Source: Mobula hypostoma
Taxonomy: Eukaryota
NCBI RefSeq assembly: GCF_963921235.1
Contig: NC_086118.1
Span: 19,346,001 to 19,410,000, forward strand
Direction of reading: 5' to 3'
DNA length: 64,000 nucleotides
A program made the translations under genes and the position numbers. Shown in pieces: positions 24,300 through 37,159 of the stretch; position 1 is the stretch's first letter; every line of letters starts with the position of its first letter. The notes below the pieces were generated by a model that saw only the letters and a list, made by a program, of their open reading frames with translations, was not told the DNA's origin and did no database searches.

Positions 24300-25600
24300 T
24301 CCTTAAATACCCAGAAATCAAATCAATCTGTGTTTTGAATGAACTCGCCAACTGAGCAGAGATTTGCCAAGGTACATGACTTACTGAGTGAAAAATATGT
24401 CTCCTCCTCTCGGTCTTAAATGACCAACCCCTAATTCTGAAACTATCTATTTGTTCTGGACTTCTCAGCCAGGGGGCCATGCTCCCTGCATCCTGCCTGC
24501 CGATCCCTCTAAGAAGCTTTTTAAGTTTCAATATGTTCACCTCGTGTTTTTCTAAACTCTAATGAGTATGATCCTAGCCTACTCAGAATCGGGTCATACA
24601 GCGAGCCCACCATCTCAGAAACCGGTCCAATCATCCTTCATTACAGTTTCTCAAAGCAAGCATAACCATTCTTTGTAAGGTGACTCAAGTCGTACACATA
24701 ACTCTTGCTGTGGTTCCATCAAGGCCCTATGTAAACATGGTAAAACCAAAAGGATCTAGTGCTTTCTCAGTGTATATGATAAATAAACTCTTCTTCGGCT
24801 TCCAGCCAGGTGCAGGTATTGATTTTACCTGACATTTCAATGACATGCCCAGGCATCATCCCTGATGAAGATGGCTAAAGTCTGTCATTGAAACATCTGT
24901 TAAAATCAATACCTATACCCGGCTGAAAGCCCAAGAAGAGTTTATTCATGGTTAGACCTCTTTATCCTAGTACTCAGTACTGCAATAAATCCAACACCTC
25001 ATTTGCCTACCTAACTGATTTCTACAACTGTGACATAATGCTACACTGGTCTCCTCAACCTGTAACCAATTAAAAAAATACTCTTCTGCTGTCTGTACCG
25101 AAGAGGATACCTTTACATTTTCCATATTATATTCCATCTGCTGTGTTCCTGCCTCCAAACTTAGCTATCCTCTCAGAGTCTCCTTACGCCCTCCCCATGA
25201 CATACAGAGTTGCCAGATTTCATATCATCAGCAACAGTGTAAATCTGATATTTGGCCTCCTTAGCCAAATTGTTGACGTAGATACATATCAAGCACATCC
25301 AGGTATCTCTGTAGTAACACAATCTGGCTGCCTAATGAAAGAAAGATCTGATTATTCTCAATATTTGCCTCTTGTCTCAGTCTATGCCAGTGTTTTAATT
25401 CCAAGTTTCTAATCATGTTAATTTTATTCTCTAACCTCCTGTGTGTGACTTGACCAAAAACCTTTTGAAAACCTAAATACATCATATTCACTCGATTATC
25501 GACCTCTACTCCATTAGATATGTTCCCAAAGTACACCAATGGATTTGTCAAAGATAATATCCCTTTCATAAATTCTCACTGACTCTGCTCAGTCTAGTCT
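24300..25600 (-). mobile_element. Old CR1 LINE RT fragments, interrupted at 24783-24945
   Basis: 'VNMMYLGFQKVFGQVTHRRLENKI' (degenerate VYLDFQKAFDKVPH); 'FRIRGWSFKTERRRHIF'. Confidence 0.7.
24783..24945. mobile_element. Fold-back element with a hammerhead motif (second Penelope-type family)
   Basis: Imperfect inverted arms of about 60 bp (ataaactcttctt.. / ..aagaagagtttat); CTGATGA-agatggc..gtcatt-GAAACATC at 24862-24897. Confidence 0.7.
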
Positions 25601-25644
25601 GTATTGATAACCACCTAGGTGATCACATAGATATAAAAGGCACG

Positions 25645-25960
25645 TCATCATCATCATCATCATCATCATCAGGTGCCATGCCCAGTTTGAACTTTGACTG
25701 CCATGGCCAACACACTCCTGTTTCGATTCAAGTGGATCAATTCATTGGTATTCATTTCCAGTTCTCTGGCTGCTGTCTCCATTATCATTTGTCTTTGTCT
25801 TCCTCTTGCTTTCTTCCCTTCAATCTTTCCCATAATTACCGTGCATTCTAACTCCTCTTTCCTAATCACATGTCCAATGAAGTTACGTTGCCTTTTCATG
25901 ATCTCATACATTATTTCTCTTTTTGTGTTTGCTCTGTTCATGACAGCCTCGTTAGATGTT
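25645..25960 (-). mobile_element. RTE-clade LINE 3' end with (TGA)n tail
   Basis: 'KRQRNFIGHVIRKEELECTVIMGKIEGKKARGRQR' is typical of the RTE C-terminus; the (CAT)n microsatellite at 25646-25670 is the tail. Confidence 0.88.
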
Positions 25961-26559
25961 GATAAAAAGCACAGGGTTTTATAAAATGAGGCAAATGTCT
26001 CCCAGCTCTCTCAAATTCACAAACGGCAAAACCTGTTTCTTTCAATAGTCATATTGAGGTTCATGTGAATGAGAATCTGTCTTAATATCATTGACATGCC
26101 ATGAAATTTGTTATTTTGCCGCAGCATTACAGTGCAATACATAAAATACTATAAATTACAAATATAATATATCCCACACATATATATAGCTAGGGTGCCT
26201 AAGACTTTTGCACGGTACTGTGCTTGTCAATGTGGAGTGGAGGGTGAGTTTGTAAATCTGGCAGAAGCAAAGTATGCAAGGAATGGCAGGTGTGGGGCAC
26301 TGTGGGAGGAGTGTGAGGCGGGTGGCACAAAAGGAGTGCCAGGGGTGGAGAGTGGTGGTGGTGCACGTGCATACACACCCAGCCCTGTGACAGCAGGCAA
26401 GGTCATTTGATTCTGAACAATTGGTTTATTGATCATTACAGAATGCCTCTCTGCTACTTTTACTTAGTACCATATATATAAAAAATTAAATAAACTACAT
26501 AGCGTTGAAGTTGATCAAAAATAGTGAGATGGTGTTAATGTATGCCATAGTTCCCCTTT

Positions 26560-27068
26560 CATAGTCATACTCATAGTCATTCTTTATTGATCCCGGGGGA
26601 AATTGGTTTTCGTTACAGTTACACCATAAATAATAAATAGTAATAAAACCATAAATAGTTAAACAGTAATATGTAAATTATGCCAGGAAATAAGTCCAGG
26701 ACCAGCCTATTGGCTCAGGGTGTCTGACCCTCCAAGGGATGAGTTGTAAAGTTTGATGGCCACAGGCAGGAATGACTTCCTATGACGCTCTGTGTTGCAT
26801 CCTGGTTGAATGAGTCTCTGGCTGAATGTACTCCTGTGCCCAACCAGTACATTATGTAGTGGATGGGAGACATTGTCCAAGATGGCATGCAACTTGGACA
26901 GCATCCTCTTTTCAGACACCACCGTCAGAGAGACCAGTTCCATCCCCACAATATCACTGGCCTTACGAATGAGTTTGTTGATTGTTGGTGTCTGCTACCC
27001 TTAGCCTGCTGCCCCAGCACACAACAGCAAACATGATAGCACTGACCACCACAGACTCATAGAACATT
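26560..27068 (-). mobile_element. Rex1/Babar LINE 3' end (young)
   Basis: ORF nearly identical to 37164-37742; AATAAA followed by a (TGACTA)-type tail. Confidence 0.9.
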
Positions 27069-29227
27069 TCACTCAGAAGAATGCGAAGATACATCCAGTA
27101 TTCTTTGTTTATATTCTAAAAAGATACATTGCTCTGCCCCAATCAAGATTTGACCTTTCAACACCGTGGTTCATGTTGTTTTGTGAACAAAATCACTGTA
27201 GTGATGTACCGGTCGAATGAAGAACCCTCCTTATCTGACAAAATGAGATATAATAGACATCATATTGAGAACCCTTTCAGTGGAAGAATGTCTCCTTGAC
27301 CAAACACTGCACAATATTTAACATGCTAAAAATCAAAGGACAATTCAAACAAATCCATATTTACAATGCTTCCTTTGAGCTACATGTAACAGTTTCAAAT
27401 GCCTGGATATTCCCACCATCTCACCCAAAATAAGTATGAATTGATGTCATATCCATGCAATGCAATGTTGTTTGAAATCAGGTGAACAGTATGTAGACAA
27501 CCAGTTAAGTGCCTGTTTCCTGCTCCGTCTGGTCTGCATTTTACTGTTCTGAGCTGCATTTTAAATTTAATCTTCAATGCATAATCAGATCTGATGGTTG
27601 GTCACTGAAGTCAAAATTTGCTATATGTCCTAACCCCAAAAAATGTCGTAACAGTTCAAAAGGTGGAACCTACAGAGCTGAACAACGAACCCCACACTCA
27701 CTGCCTCCCCTGATGTCAGTGCAAGGTAATGCTACATCCATATTTTTATACAGCTATCTCAAACTTCTGTTATCTCATTTCACCTTGATCCAAATCTCAT
27801 TATAACAATCAGTACTGCTTACTCAAGAATTCAGCCACCAGTCAAGAGAAATCAAACAGAAGATCTGAGTGGAATAATTATTCTGTGCAAGTCAGCACAT
27901 CACAGGAAGTTATTACTGAGCACAGAACAGAAGGTAAGCCTGGCATCTGCACAATGAAAAGCAATTGTTCACACTGTACATCACTCTGCTGTGAAGCTAA
28001 TTCTAGCACCATTTAAGTGTAAATGCAACTCCCATTTGTCTGTTTTGAAGCAGCTTTGTAGGCTATAGTTAAGGATATTCATGACTTAAGTGGTTTCCTG
28101 TAAAAACTTTGAATTAGCATTATGTAAATCTGTCTTCTATACTGTCAATGATAAAATGTATGAAGACAAACACTTGTTTCTAAAATTTTTTATTAGGCAC
28201 TGTAGTACTGCAAGGATAGGCACACAAAAGTAATCTGCTGTTTTGTAGACTGTAATGGACCATCTGCCAGTTCTGATGTAAAATGTTAACAGGTAACTTT
28301 CTAATGATCTGCTATTGTTGTTTAGTTTCTTACATCCCAGAGGGAAAGGGTTTTAGCTCAGCATTTAATTTCCTGTATAAGCCTTCACAGGCAAGAGTTC
28401 TTACTGTCTTTCTGCAAGTTCAATAGCAGATCCAAAGCAAGGAACAGAGTGGGAAATTACTCCTCCAGTCACCTGGTAAATGCCAAAGGTGAATCCAATG
28501 CCTGGTGCAACAAGGTCGTGGTGGTTTAGTGCACACATTATGAACCTAATTGGATTTTGACACTGGAGTTCAAAGCAGCTCTTTGAAGATTCAAAGCAAT
28601 TTCACAAATTAATTTCCAACTATTAACATCATATTACTCAATACATATATTTGCAGCATTGCTTATAACACACAGCTTTTTTATGGTCTGGTGAAAAATA
28701 TTTAGGAATTTAAATCCCTTGCTCCATAGGACTGCAGGACTCCCCACAGTTATTTTCCTGCTTTTCCACTAAATGCTCACAATAGCTGGAGAAGGCATTT
28801 TGCAAATTCCAGATTGAACAATAGCAAACCGACAGAGCCAACTTCTGCAGCAGTACAGAGAATCTTGTCAATTTTATGACAGGTTGCAGAAATTATTCCA
28901 AACCATTCTAAAGATGCTCATTTACAGGAAATTCATTGTGGTGTTTAAGGTACAATTAAATCAAATCTTGGAAGTTAATTTTGAAAGATGTGGGAAACTG
29001 AATTAATTGGAGTAGCTTGGTATCCTAAGAAAGGTATTTTTCCGCTCAAGCAGTTCAAAAGAAGATGCACAACAATAATTGGCAATTCATCTCTCAAAGT
29101 GTAAGGTAGTACAGATGACTTCATAAAACAATTAACAATGAATACTGAGTAGGACCGCAGGAAAATGGAGAGCTAAAAGACGAAGATAATGTCGAGGAAA
29201 GTGGTTGCAAGTAGTGACTTTGAAAAC

Positions 29228-29507
29228 TCAAGAGGATCTGCAGATGATGGAAATCCAAAGCAACACACAACAAAATGTTGGAGGAACTCGGCATCTGTGA
29301 AAAAGAGTAAGCAGCTGACATTTCGGGCTGAGACACTTCAGCAAGACTGGGAAAAAAAAGATGAAAAGTCAGAGTAAGAAGGTGGGGATAAGTGACGAAG
29401 AAGTACAAGGTAGTAGGTGATAGGTGAAGTTGGGAGAGGGGGAGGGGGTGAAGTAAGAGGAAGGAGAGGATAGAAGACCATGGAAGAAAGGGAAGGAGGA
29501 GGAGCAC
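29228..29507 (-). mobile_element. Penelope-like terminal fragment
   Basis: Family terminus with a decayed hammerhead near 29315-29350. Confidence 0.75.
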
Positions 29508-29509
29508 AC

Positions 29510-30480
29510 GTCTAAACCTGTCATCCTTTTACTCTGACAGAAACATGTAAACTTTGTACTCTCAAAAGTTCACTTTTCAAGGCCACCTACTTAGCAAGCA
29601 TTCCATTGCCAGAAAATAACCTGTTCCAATCCATAGGTGCCACATCCTTTCTAATGCCATCAAAATTGGCCTTTCTCCAATCAGAATCTCAACCTGATGA
29701 CTTGTCTCTCTCCATAATTACCTTGATACTCATAGAATTATGATTACTAGATTAAAAGTGCTCCCCTACACACATTTCTGTCACCTGTCCTATATTATTC
29801 CCTAATAGGAGATCCAGTTTCACACTCTAGCTAGTTGGGACCTCTATATATTGATTAAGGAAACTCTCCTGAACACATTTGATAAACTCTATTCCATTGA
29901 ACCCTTTTACAGTATGGGAGTCCCAGTCAATATTTCTAATAGGCATCCATTAGTCTCGAGAGACCATGGATTTGTGCTTTCGAAGGTTTCCAGGGCACAG
30001 GCCTGGGCAAGGTTCACAGGCCTGGGCAAGGTTGTATGGAAGACCGGCAGTTTCTCATGCTGCAAGTCTCCCCTCTCTACGTCACTGATGTTGTCCAAGG
30101 GAAGGGCACTAGGGCTGATACAGCTTGGCACCGGTGTCATCACAGAGCAATGTGTGGTTAAGTGCCTTGCTCAAGGACACAACACTCGGCCTCAGCTGAG
30201 GCTCGAACTAGCAACCTTCAGATCACTAAACTGACGCCTTAACCATTTGGCCACATACCAATACCCCAGTCAATATATGGAAACCTAAAATCACATACTA
30301 TCACAGTCTTAATGTTTATTGCAACTGCTTGCCATCTCTTTACAACAATGCACCTCTAAATCCTTCTAATTACTGGGTGGTCTATAATATAATTGCATTA
30401 ATATGGTCATACCTTTCTTAATCCTTAGTTCCAGACTTATACCCTCGGTAGACGAGCTTTCCAGTCCACTCTGTTGGAGC
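29510..30480 (-). mobile_element. CR1 endonuclease-region fragment, interrupted by a SINE
   Basis: Resembles the CR1 EN coding region (for example 'ccaaaattggcctttctcca', 'cccagtcaatat..aaaatcac'). Confidence 0.6.
29934..30264 (-). mobile_element. tRNA-headed SINE with 12-bp TSD
   Basis: Minus-strand A box TGGCCAAATGG and B box AGTTCGAGCC; TSD cccagtcaatat (29922-29933, 30265-30276); internal 19-bp tandem duplication cacaggcctgggcaaggtt. Confidence 0.88.
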
Positions 30481-30942
30481 ACGGCCGTTCAGGTTGAATG
30501 GATTAAGAGATTCAGTGAGCATCACCAAGAGCCTGTGCTGGCCTAACCACACTAATGTCATGCTATGAAAGCTCACCTACACCTCTATTTTCTCAGGAGG
30601 CCAATAAAAATCAGAGTAACACATAAAAAATGCTGGAGGAACTCTGCAAGTGAGGCAGAGTCAACACTTCGTGCCGAGTTCCTTCATTAGCACATCCCCA
30701 TCAACTGACCATTTTTTAATTGATGCACCATAAACAGTATTCATGGCTTGGTATGGCAAACACACTTCAAGTGACGGCAAGAAAATGCAGAGAGTTGTGG
30801 ACACAGCTCAGCACATCACAGGAACCTTTATGAACTTAGTCTATATTTCTAATTATAATCAGCCAGCATAAGCAAAGACCCTATCCACTCCAGATGTTCT
30901 CTCTGCTCCCTCCTTCCAACAGGCAGAAGCCTGATTGCATAC

Positions 30943-31324
30943 ATAGAACATAGAATAGTACAGCACAGTACAGGCCCTTCGGCCCACAATGTTGTGCCGA
31001 CCTTCAAACCCTGCCTCCCATATAAGCCCCCACCTTAAATTCCTCCATATACCTGTCTAGTAGTCTCTTAAACTTCACTAGTGTATCTGCCTCCACCACT
31101 GACTCAGGCAGTGCATTCCACGCACCAACCACTCTCTGAGTAAAAAACCTTCCTCTAATATCCCCCTTGAACTTCCCACCCCTTACCTTAAAGCCATGTC
31201 CTCTTGTATTGAGCAGTGGTGCCCTGGGGAAGAGGCGCTGGCTATTCCTCTTATTATCTTGTACACCTCTATCATGTCTCCTCTCATCCTCCTTCTCTCC
31301 AAAGGGTAAAGCCCTAGTTCCCTA
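30943..31324 (-). mobile_element. CR1 3' end, same family as the 42380-48155 element
   Basis: Reverse complement of about 47770-48150 with an internal deletion; TSD gcatac (30937-30942, 31325-31330). Confidence 0.9.
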
Positions 31325-31414
31325 GCATACCAGTTGCGAGGACAGCTTCTATATCATTTTTATCAGACTCTAAAATAGACCTCTTATACAATACCATGGG
31401 CTCTCGATCTTACA

Positions 31415-31816
31415 CCTACTGCCCATTATACCACTGGTGTTCGGGGCAACAATGAAGGTCCTCCATCTCTGGTGGCATGCAGGGCTTCCTTCATCATGTC
31501 ACTAGCTCGATTTTCCCTAATGTAAGTTGTGCAAGTTCCCGATGGAGACATCACACTCAGGTGGAGAAGCATTCTTCACTGCTGTTTCTGTAACAATCTT
31601 GTTTTATCAGTCAGGCTTGTTAGCCCTGAGCTGAACCCTTAAAACTGAAAGACTGATGGGCCACCTTTAGTCTGGCCTTTATCCTTTGACCTATTTGGCA
31701 TGGTGATCCTATCAAGAGCCAGATCATAAAGCCCTGACTCCAGCCAACGTAGCTCTTAGGGTCACTGAAGCATGCAAGCCTCCAAACCATGACAAGGTTG
31801 TGGTCCTCTTGGAGGT
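31415..31816 (-). mobile_element. RTE-derived short non-autonomous element (5' UTR joined to 3' end)
   Basis: RTE-like 5' 'accttgtcatggtttggaggcttgc..gagctacgttggc' and 'gggctaacaa..taaaac'; degenerate flanking repeat ctcgatcttaca / cttggtcttaca. Confidence 0.6.
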
Positions 31817-32242
31817 CTTGGTCTTACAATCCACCTCGTTATGACTTGCACTTTATCATTTACCTACACTGCACTTTTCCGATAGTTTTTACACTTTATT
31901 GTACATTATCATTGTTTTACCTTATTCCTGTATAATGATCTGTGTAAATAGTTTGCAAGCCAAGCCTGTATCTTGATACATCTGACAATAATAATTCAAT
32001 GCCAATGCCAAAAGTGCCCAAGGCCTGGGAAGTGTTGGTCCTGGGACATCATCCATACAAAAGATAGTAAAATAATTCCATGCATCTAACAATTGCTTGA
32101 GAGAAAGATGGACTTTTGTGAGTGGTGGCTTGAGTTCAGAAGTATTTATGGAAGGTAATGATTTGGTGTTCATTTATTCAGATAGAATTTGTGCAGGACA
32201 AATGAATCAATGTCTTGAGCTTCTGTCTGTGTGTGTTGCCAA

Positions 32243-32377
32243 CATCAGGACGAAGGGTCTCGGCCCGAAACGTCGACTGTACCTCTTCCTACAGATGCTG
32301 CCTGGCCTGCTGCGTTCACCAGCAACTTTGATGTGTGTTGCTTGAATTTCCAGCATCTGCAGAATTCCTCGTGTTTG
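32243..32377 (+). mobile_element. Penelope terminus starting inside the hammerhead motif
   Basis: 'gacgaagggtctcggcccgaaacgtcgactg', then the family terminus; same subfamily as 48627-49016. Confidence 0.85.
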
Positions 32378-34234
32378 AGTTTACTATGCTGGTTGTTTTT
32401 CTTAAGATATTGCAAAGGTCTGATCAAATAAAAGTACACGTCATCGAAGGGAATACATTTTATACCAAAGCTAGCTATTCTAACAAGTTGGTCATTTCTG
32501 ATGCTATATGCTTCTACCACTTGTTAAGCAAGTAAATGTCATGGATTTCAGTTTGCTAAACTATCTTATACAAAAGTCCTGGTCCCTATTATTTACATGG
32601 TTAGTTCAATTTGGATAGAAACTTGCACAATCCACCATGGATTCAGTAATAAATTGTGACATGCTAGTTTGTTGTTAGATTAACAAAAGAACTATTGCTG
32701 TACTTGTATAGCAATTTTAGTGTATGAATAAAGAATTTCTGTTGTTTGGAGATATTGGAGTAACTGGTTTCTATTCCTAACAGTAGATATCAAACTAAGT
32801 AGAGATTTTGATAAAGCACAAAGGGAAAGGGTTCCCTCTGGCAAGAGTGGTGATAAATGTTAGAAATGCAATTAAAATAATTGGCAATAAAACAAGAAAT
32901 GAGATGAGGTCACATTCCATACAACAATGCACCCTCATTCACACCAAAGCAGAATTTTTGCGAGGGGGAGTGTGGGAGTACAGTGAATCAGATAGCTTTT
33001 TCAAGGAGTCAGCACAGGCACAAAGTGCTTAATGCTTAACCTCTGTGCGAGGTCATTCTGCGTTGCACACTAGTGAGGAAAAAATAACATAGGGAAATGC
33101 AACAAAAATGTTTTTTATTGCATATGAAATACCAAATGATCCTTCCATTTTTCTGTTATGAGGGCATCTAGTCAAAGGTATTATCCATTGGTTTGCAACT
33201 TTAAAATCACATGTTACTTGCAGAATGTTATCTGAATGTTATTTGTTTAAGGAAGGAAAGATCTGTCAGACAAAATATTTGTGAGGAAAAGATATAGTAT
33301 GTGCATATCCATGTGCATAGAGAATTCAAGACAGATATGAATGGTTAATGATTGAAATGCATAGAGCTGCCTGGTTTTCTTTCCTGTTACTTTTATTTTG
33401 TATGTTCAAATGATCTAACTATTATAATTGACAATATCCTATGCTTTAAACTATTGCAGAATAAGAATTTTGATTTATACAGCCAGATAGATTTGCTATT
33501 TCTCCAGTTTCTGAGTGAACTGGACTAGAGAATTGAATGTTGAAGGCTATTATCATAATTGGCTTTTGAGCATCTGACATATGTGAAAGCTGTACTTTAT
33601 CAGCCACGTACATTTACATCTCCCGTGCTGCCCAGATCCTTTTTGAAGCCAAGAGAGTAAAAACCAGTAGATGTATTGGAGAAAAATCATAAATTCATGT
33701 TATTCTATGTATAGTTAACAATCCATGTGAGAAGATGAAATTGGACTTGTTCATGTGCATCCTACCATTTCAGTTTGTCCAAACAACTTTTCATTGAAAT
33801 GATACAGAATATTCTTTTGTACAGCTTAGGGAGTATAAGCTAAATGTGGCGGAATGGATTGGCCTAAGTCCTTAATGATGTAGGCTTGAAGTTTGTTCAA
33901 TGAATAATTGTGGAAGCCAGTGGAAATCTCACAATCACTTTTCTACATGCCCATCTTTATGTTCTGCAAGAAATTCATATAACTTATTGAAATCTAAATT
34001 GGCCTACCTTGTGTCATGTAGTTTATTTAACATAGTCCAAAGTTTTTGTTCTCCTTAAATGCCATGCTATCAATTAAGGCTTGTTCTACCATTACTGTGC
34101 ATTTTAGTTCAACATTGAAAGCATTTTGATAGTTGAAGCAGGAGGTCATAATCAGAGACCTTATTCCATTAGTTCCACTCAAATTTCTTGAGAGTACCAA
34201 GAAAATTATCTTTATCTGCAAAGACAATATAGCA

Positions 34235-34572
34235 ATTCTGAAGGTTTTGCTACAGTGGGAGTGTCTAAGACCGGAGGATGCAACCTCAGAATAGAAGGGC
34301 ATCCTTTTAGAACGGAGATGAGGAGGAATTACTTTACCCAGAGAGTGGCAAATGTGTGGAATTCGTTGTCACAGGCATCTGTGGAGGCCAAGTCTGTTTG
34401 GGTATTTAAAGTTGATAGATGCTTGATTGGTCAGGGCATGAAGGGATACAGGGGGAAGGCAGGAGACTGGGGCTGAGAGGGAAAATGGAACAGCCATGAC
34501 GAAATGGCACAGCCAACACAATGAGCCAAATGGCCTAATTCTGCTCCTATATCTTACGTTCTTATGATCTTA
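34235..34572 (+). mobile_element. CR1 3' end
   Basis: 'NLRIEGHPFRTEMRRNYFTQRVANVWNSLSQ'; ends 'ctgctcctatatcttacgttcttatg'. Similar pieces at 37910-38060 and 50490-50730. Confidence 0.85.
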
Positions 34573-35794
34573 TCACCTTATGTATAATTTATATATATTT
34601 ATGTTTAGTGTGCTGTCTGAACCCGTGTGCTCGTAATGCTGCTGCAAACAAATTTTTCATTGTATCTGCACCTCACCATTACCTATATGCATGACAATAA
34701 ATTTGACTTAGGGTTGAACTTGACTTGACCTTCAGGATGGTGTGAGAACAGATGAGGGCAATCTGCCTCTTTCATTTCACCCATTTCTTTCCCAACTACA
34801 ATTTCCAAATAGGTATTTCTAACAGCAAGAGGGAATGAAGTCAGCAACATTGAGAATGGACGACTGAATTAAAGATCTTATTCATTGCATTAGTGAGAAA
34901 ACTCAACTCAATAAATAATTCAGTAATTTTTGGGTGTTGACATTAGAGCCATTGATTATAACAAGAAGAAATGTTGATTTTTATTAAAATCGGATTAAGA
35001 AAAAATATAATTTAGATCATCAGAGGATGATGTAACTTTGTGTTACATGGAATGCTTTGCCACAGTCGATGAAAGAAGTCCAGGAAAGAAAGAGCTGCAC
35101 TGTCTTACTACTTGAAAGCCAAACAATTTTTTCAGACTTAGATTTATCTTTTTAGTCTTATTTTATGACAGAGAAACATTGACTACAACAAGTTGAATAA
35201 TATACAGTAATGTTTTACAAATTATTATCCTCATTCAACAGTCTGAGACACCCAAATCTCAAAACAACATTAGATATGCACTTTGCAAATTAAGTAATTA
35301 TCTTATTTATATGACTGACAGCAAAGAAAAAACTGCTCACGTTCCACAGAAGAGGAGTACAAGCAATAGTAAAAAATGCTTCCTGATGTTGAAATAAAAA
35401 TTGTTAATACAGGTGGTTGAATCTTGTATTGTGAATCACTGAAACATTATTTATGGGAAATGCACAACCTATTCCAATTCAAGCACAAATTCTATTTGAA
35501 TGGGTGAAGTGTTTGCAGCTGATCATTACATCTTCTTCCAATTCACTGATTCACTCATTTCTATCCGTGATTCTGCTCTTCTGTTGAGCAGTTCCGCGTT
35601 TTTAATGACAGTCACGCCAGAGCTGGCAAAAACACAAGTTAATCAGTAATTGCCTACTAGATATGAATGGAAGTGTTGAAAGATGTTCTGACTGTTTTCT
35701 GTGATCAAGTTTTAATTGTATAAGGCCATCATTCATATTCTAACAACTTGTATTTCAAAAAATATATTTCACTGTTCCAAATAAAGGAGTAATG

Positions 35795-36606
35795 GAGGAG
35801 GAGCTTAGGAGGATCAAGGGCAACTCTTTTGCTTGCATCTTCGGAAACAGCACTATTTTCATCTTTAATATCTCTATTTATCCCTTTCAGTGTTCTTTTG
35901 AAGACCCTGACCTGGCGTTACACGCCGACTACGGCTCTTTGCAGGAATGGGACCCGCTCTCGGGGTTACACGAATGGCCATTATTCAGCACGCCAAGGGC
36001 ACAGCCTAAGAGCTTCGCTGGCTTTCGGAAGACCAAGATTTCGTGGCCCTGGAGACTGGGGGATCGGAGGTCGGTGTCCAGGCAGGAGATCGGCGTGTCA
36101 TGGGAGATGGAAGATCTAAGGCTGTGTGCCCAGAGACCCGAGATCTTTGGGCGCAGAGCTCAGAAAAAGTGATGCAATGGATTTTTAACATCATGAACCA
36201 GCGAGTTGTTTGTTATGTCTTCCCTCTCGTTGTGAAATGGAGACATCTCTTTCTCTTTCTCTTTCTCTTTCTCCCTTATTAGCGAGAGAGAGAGCCTGTG
36301 GTATGTTGAATACCGGGTGAACAAGTAGGCTTTGGAGTACTGCAAGTCTGTGTCTTTGCTGTTGTTTTGCTCACACTTGAGTGCTTGGTGGCGGGTGCCA
36401 ATGCTTTTTTTTGCCGGTGGAGGGAAGGGGATCATTGCTTGTTGCCGCTTGTGCGCGGGAGGGCTATGGAGTTCTAACATTTAACTGTCGTTCATTCTTT
36501 GGGGGAAGTCCTCTGTTTTTCGTGGATGGTTGCAAAGAAAAAGCATTTCACGATGCATATGGTATACATTTCTCTGACATTAAATGTACCTTTGAAACCT
36601 TTGAAA
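35795..36606 (+). mobile_element. Non-autonomous retroposon of about 0.8 kb (family also at 58755-59505 minus and 63665-64000 plus)
   Basis: Three colinear copies in the window; 3' end 'ctctgacattaaatgtacctttgaaacctttgaa'; no coding capacity. Confidence 0.8.
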
Positions 36607-37159
36607 AATGTGACCAACAAAAAAGTTACCAACGCCTTTGATATTGTGAATGTGTTCAGGAAAAAAAAAAGTGACATCAACATATAAGGAGATTTTTGGG
36701 CAAGTGGCTAAAAGTTGATCAAAGAAACTAATATAGAATAGGAAGGTGGGGGATTTGGAGAAGGGAGTCCAGCATTAAGGGCCACCTTAACACTACTTGT
36801 GAAAGCCACATACACAGCAGGGATTTCAAGCATAAGGTTCACACAATCATGTTGTTGGGATTCGTTTCAGACTGCTACAACAAAGCAGACATTTCTCAAC
36901 ATGGTGTTCACATTGATGTATTGCAAGTTATCCTAGTAGTTGTTATCTAACAAAACAGATATGATCATTCCTGGGTGGGCCTCCCCCTACACAGCACTGC
37001 AGTCTGTGTGCAGAAGATTTTCTTGTACTACCATGGATTTGTCTTTGATGGTGTTTATTTTGCACTGGTATCTTGTTTTTCACAGTAGCCAGGCAGTGGC
37101 TTATGTGTAGAATTCATTACCACTGAGCGCTGTGGAGGATAAGTCATTAGGTATACATA

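Larger units (their letters stand above)
30720..31995 (+). mobile_element. Rex/Babar LINE 3' remnant hosting two later insertions
   Basis: 'aaaatgcagagagttgtggacacagctcagcacatcac' and 'ccttccaacaggcagaag' motifs; 3' UTR resumes after 31815. Confidence 0.65.

Noticed and set aside
28405..28472. Possible minus-strand exon (VTGGVISHSVPCFGSAIELAER)
   Set aside because: Plausible splice signals but no supportable homology.
30170..30258. tRNA-like sequence with A and B boxes
   Set aside because: It is the head of a TSD-flanked SINE, not a tRNA gene.
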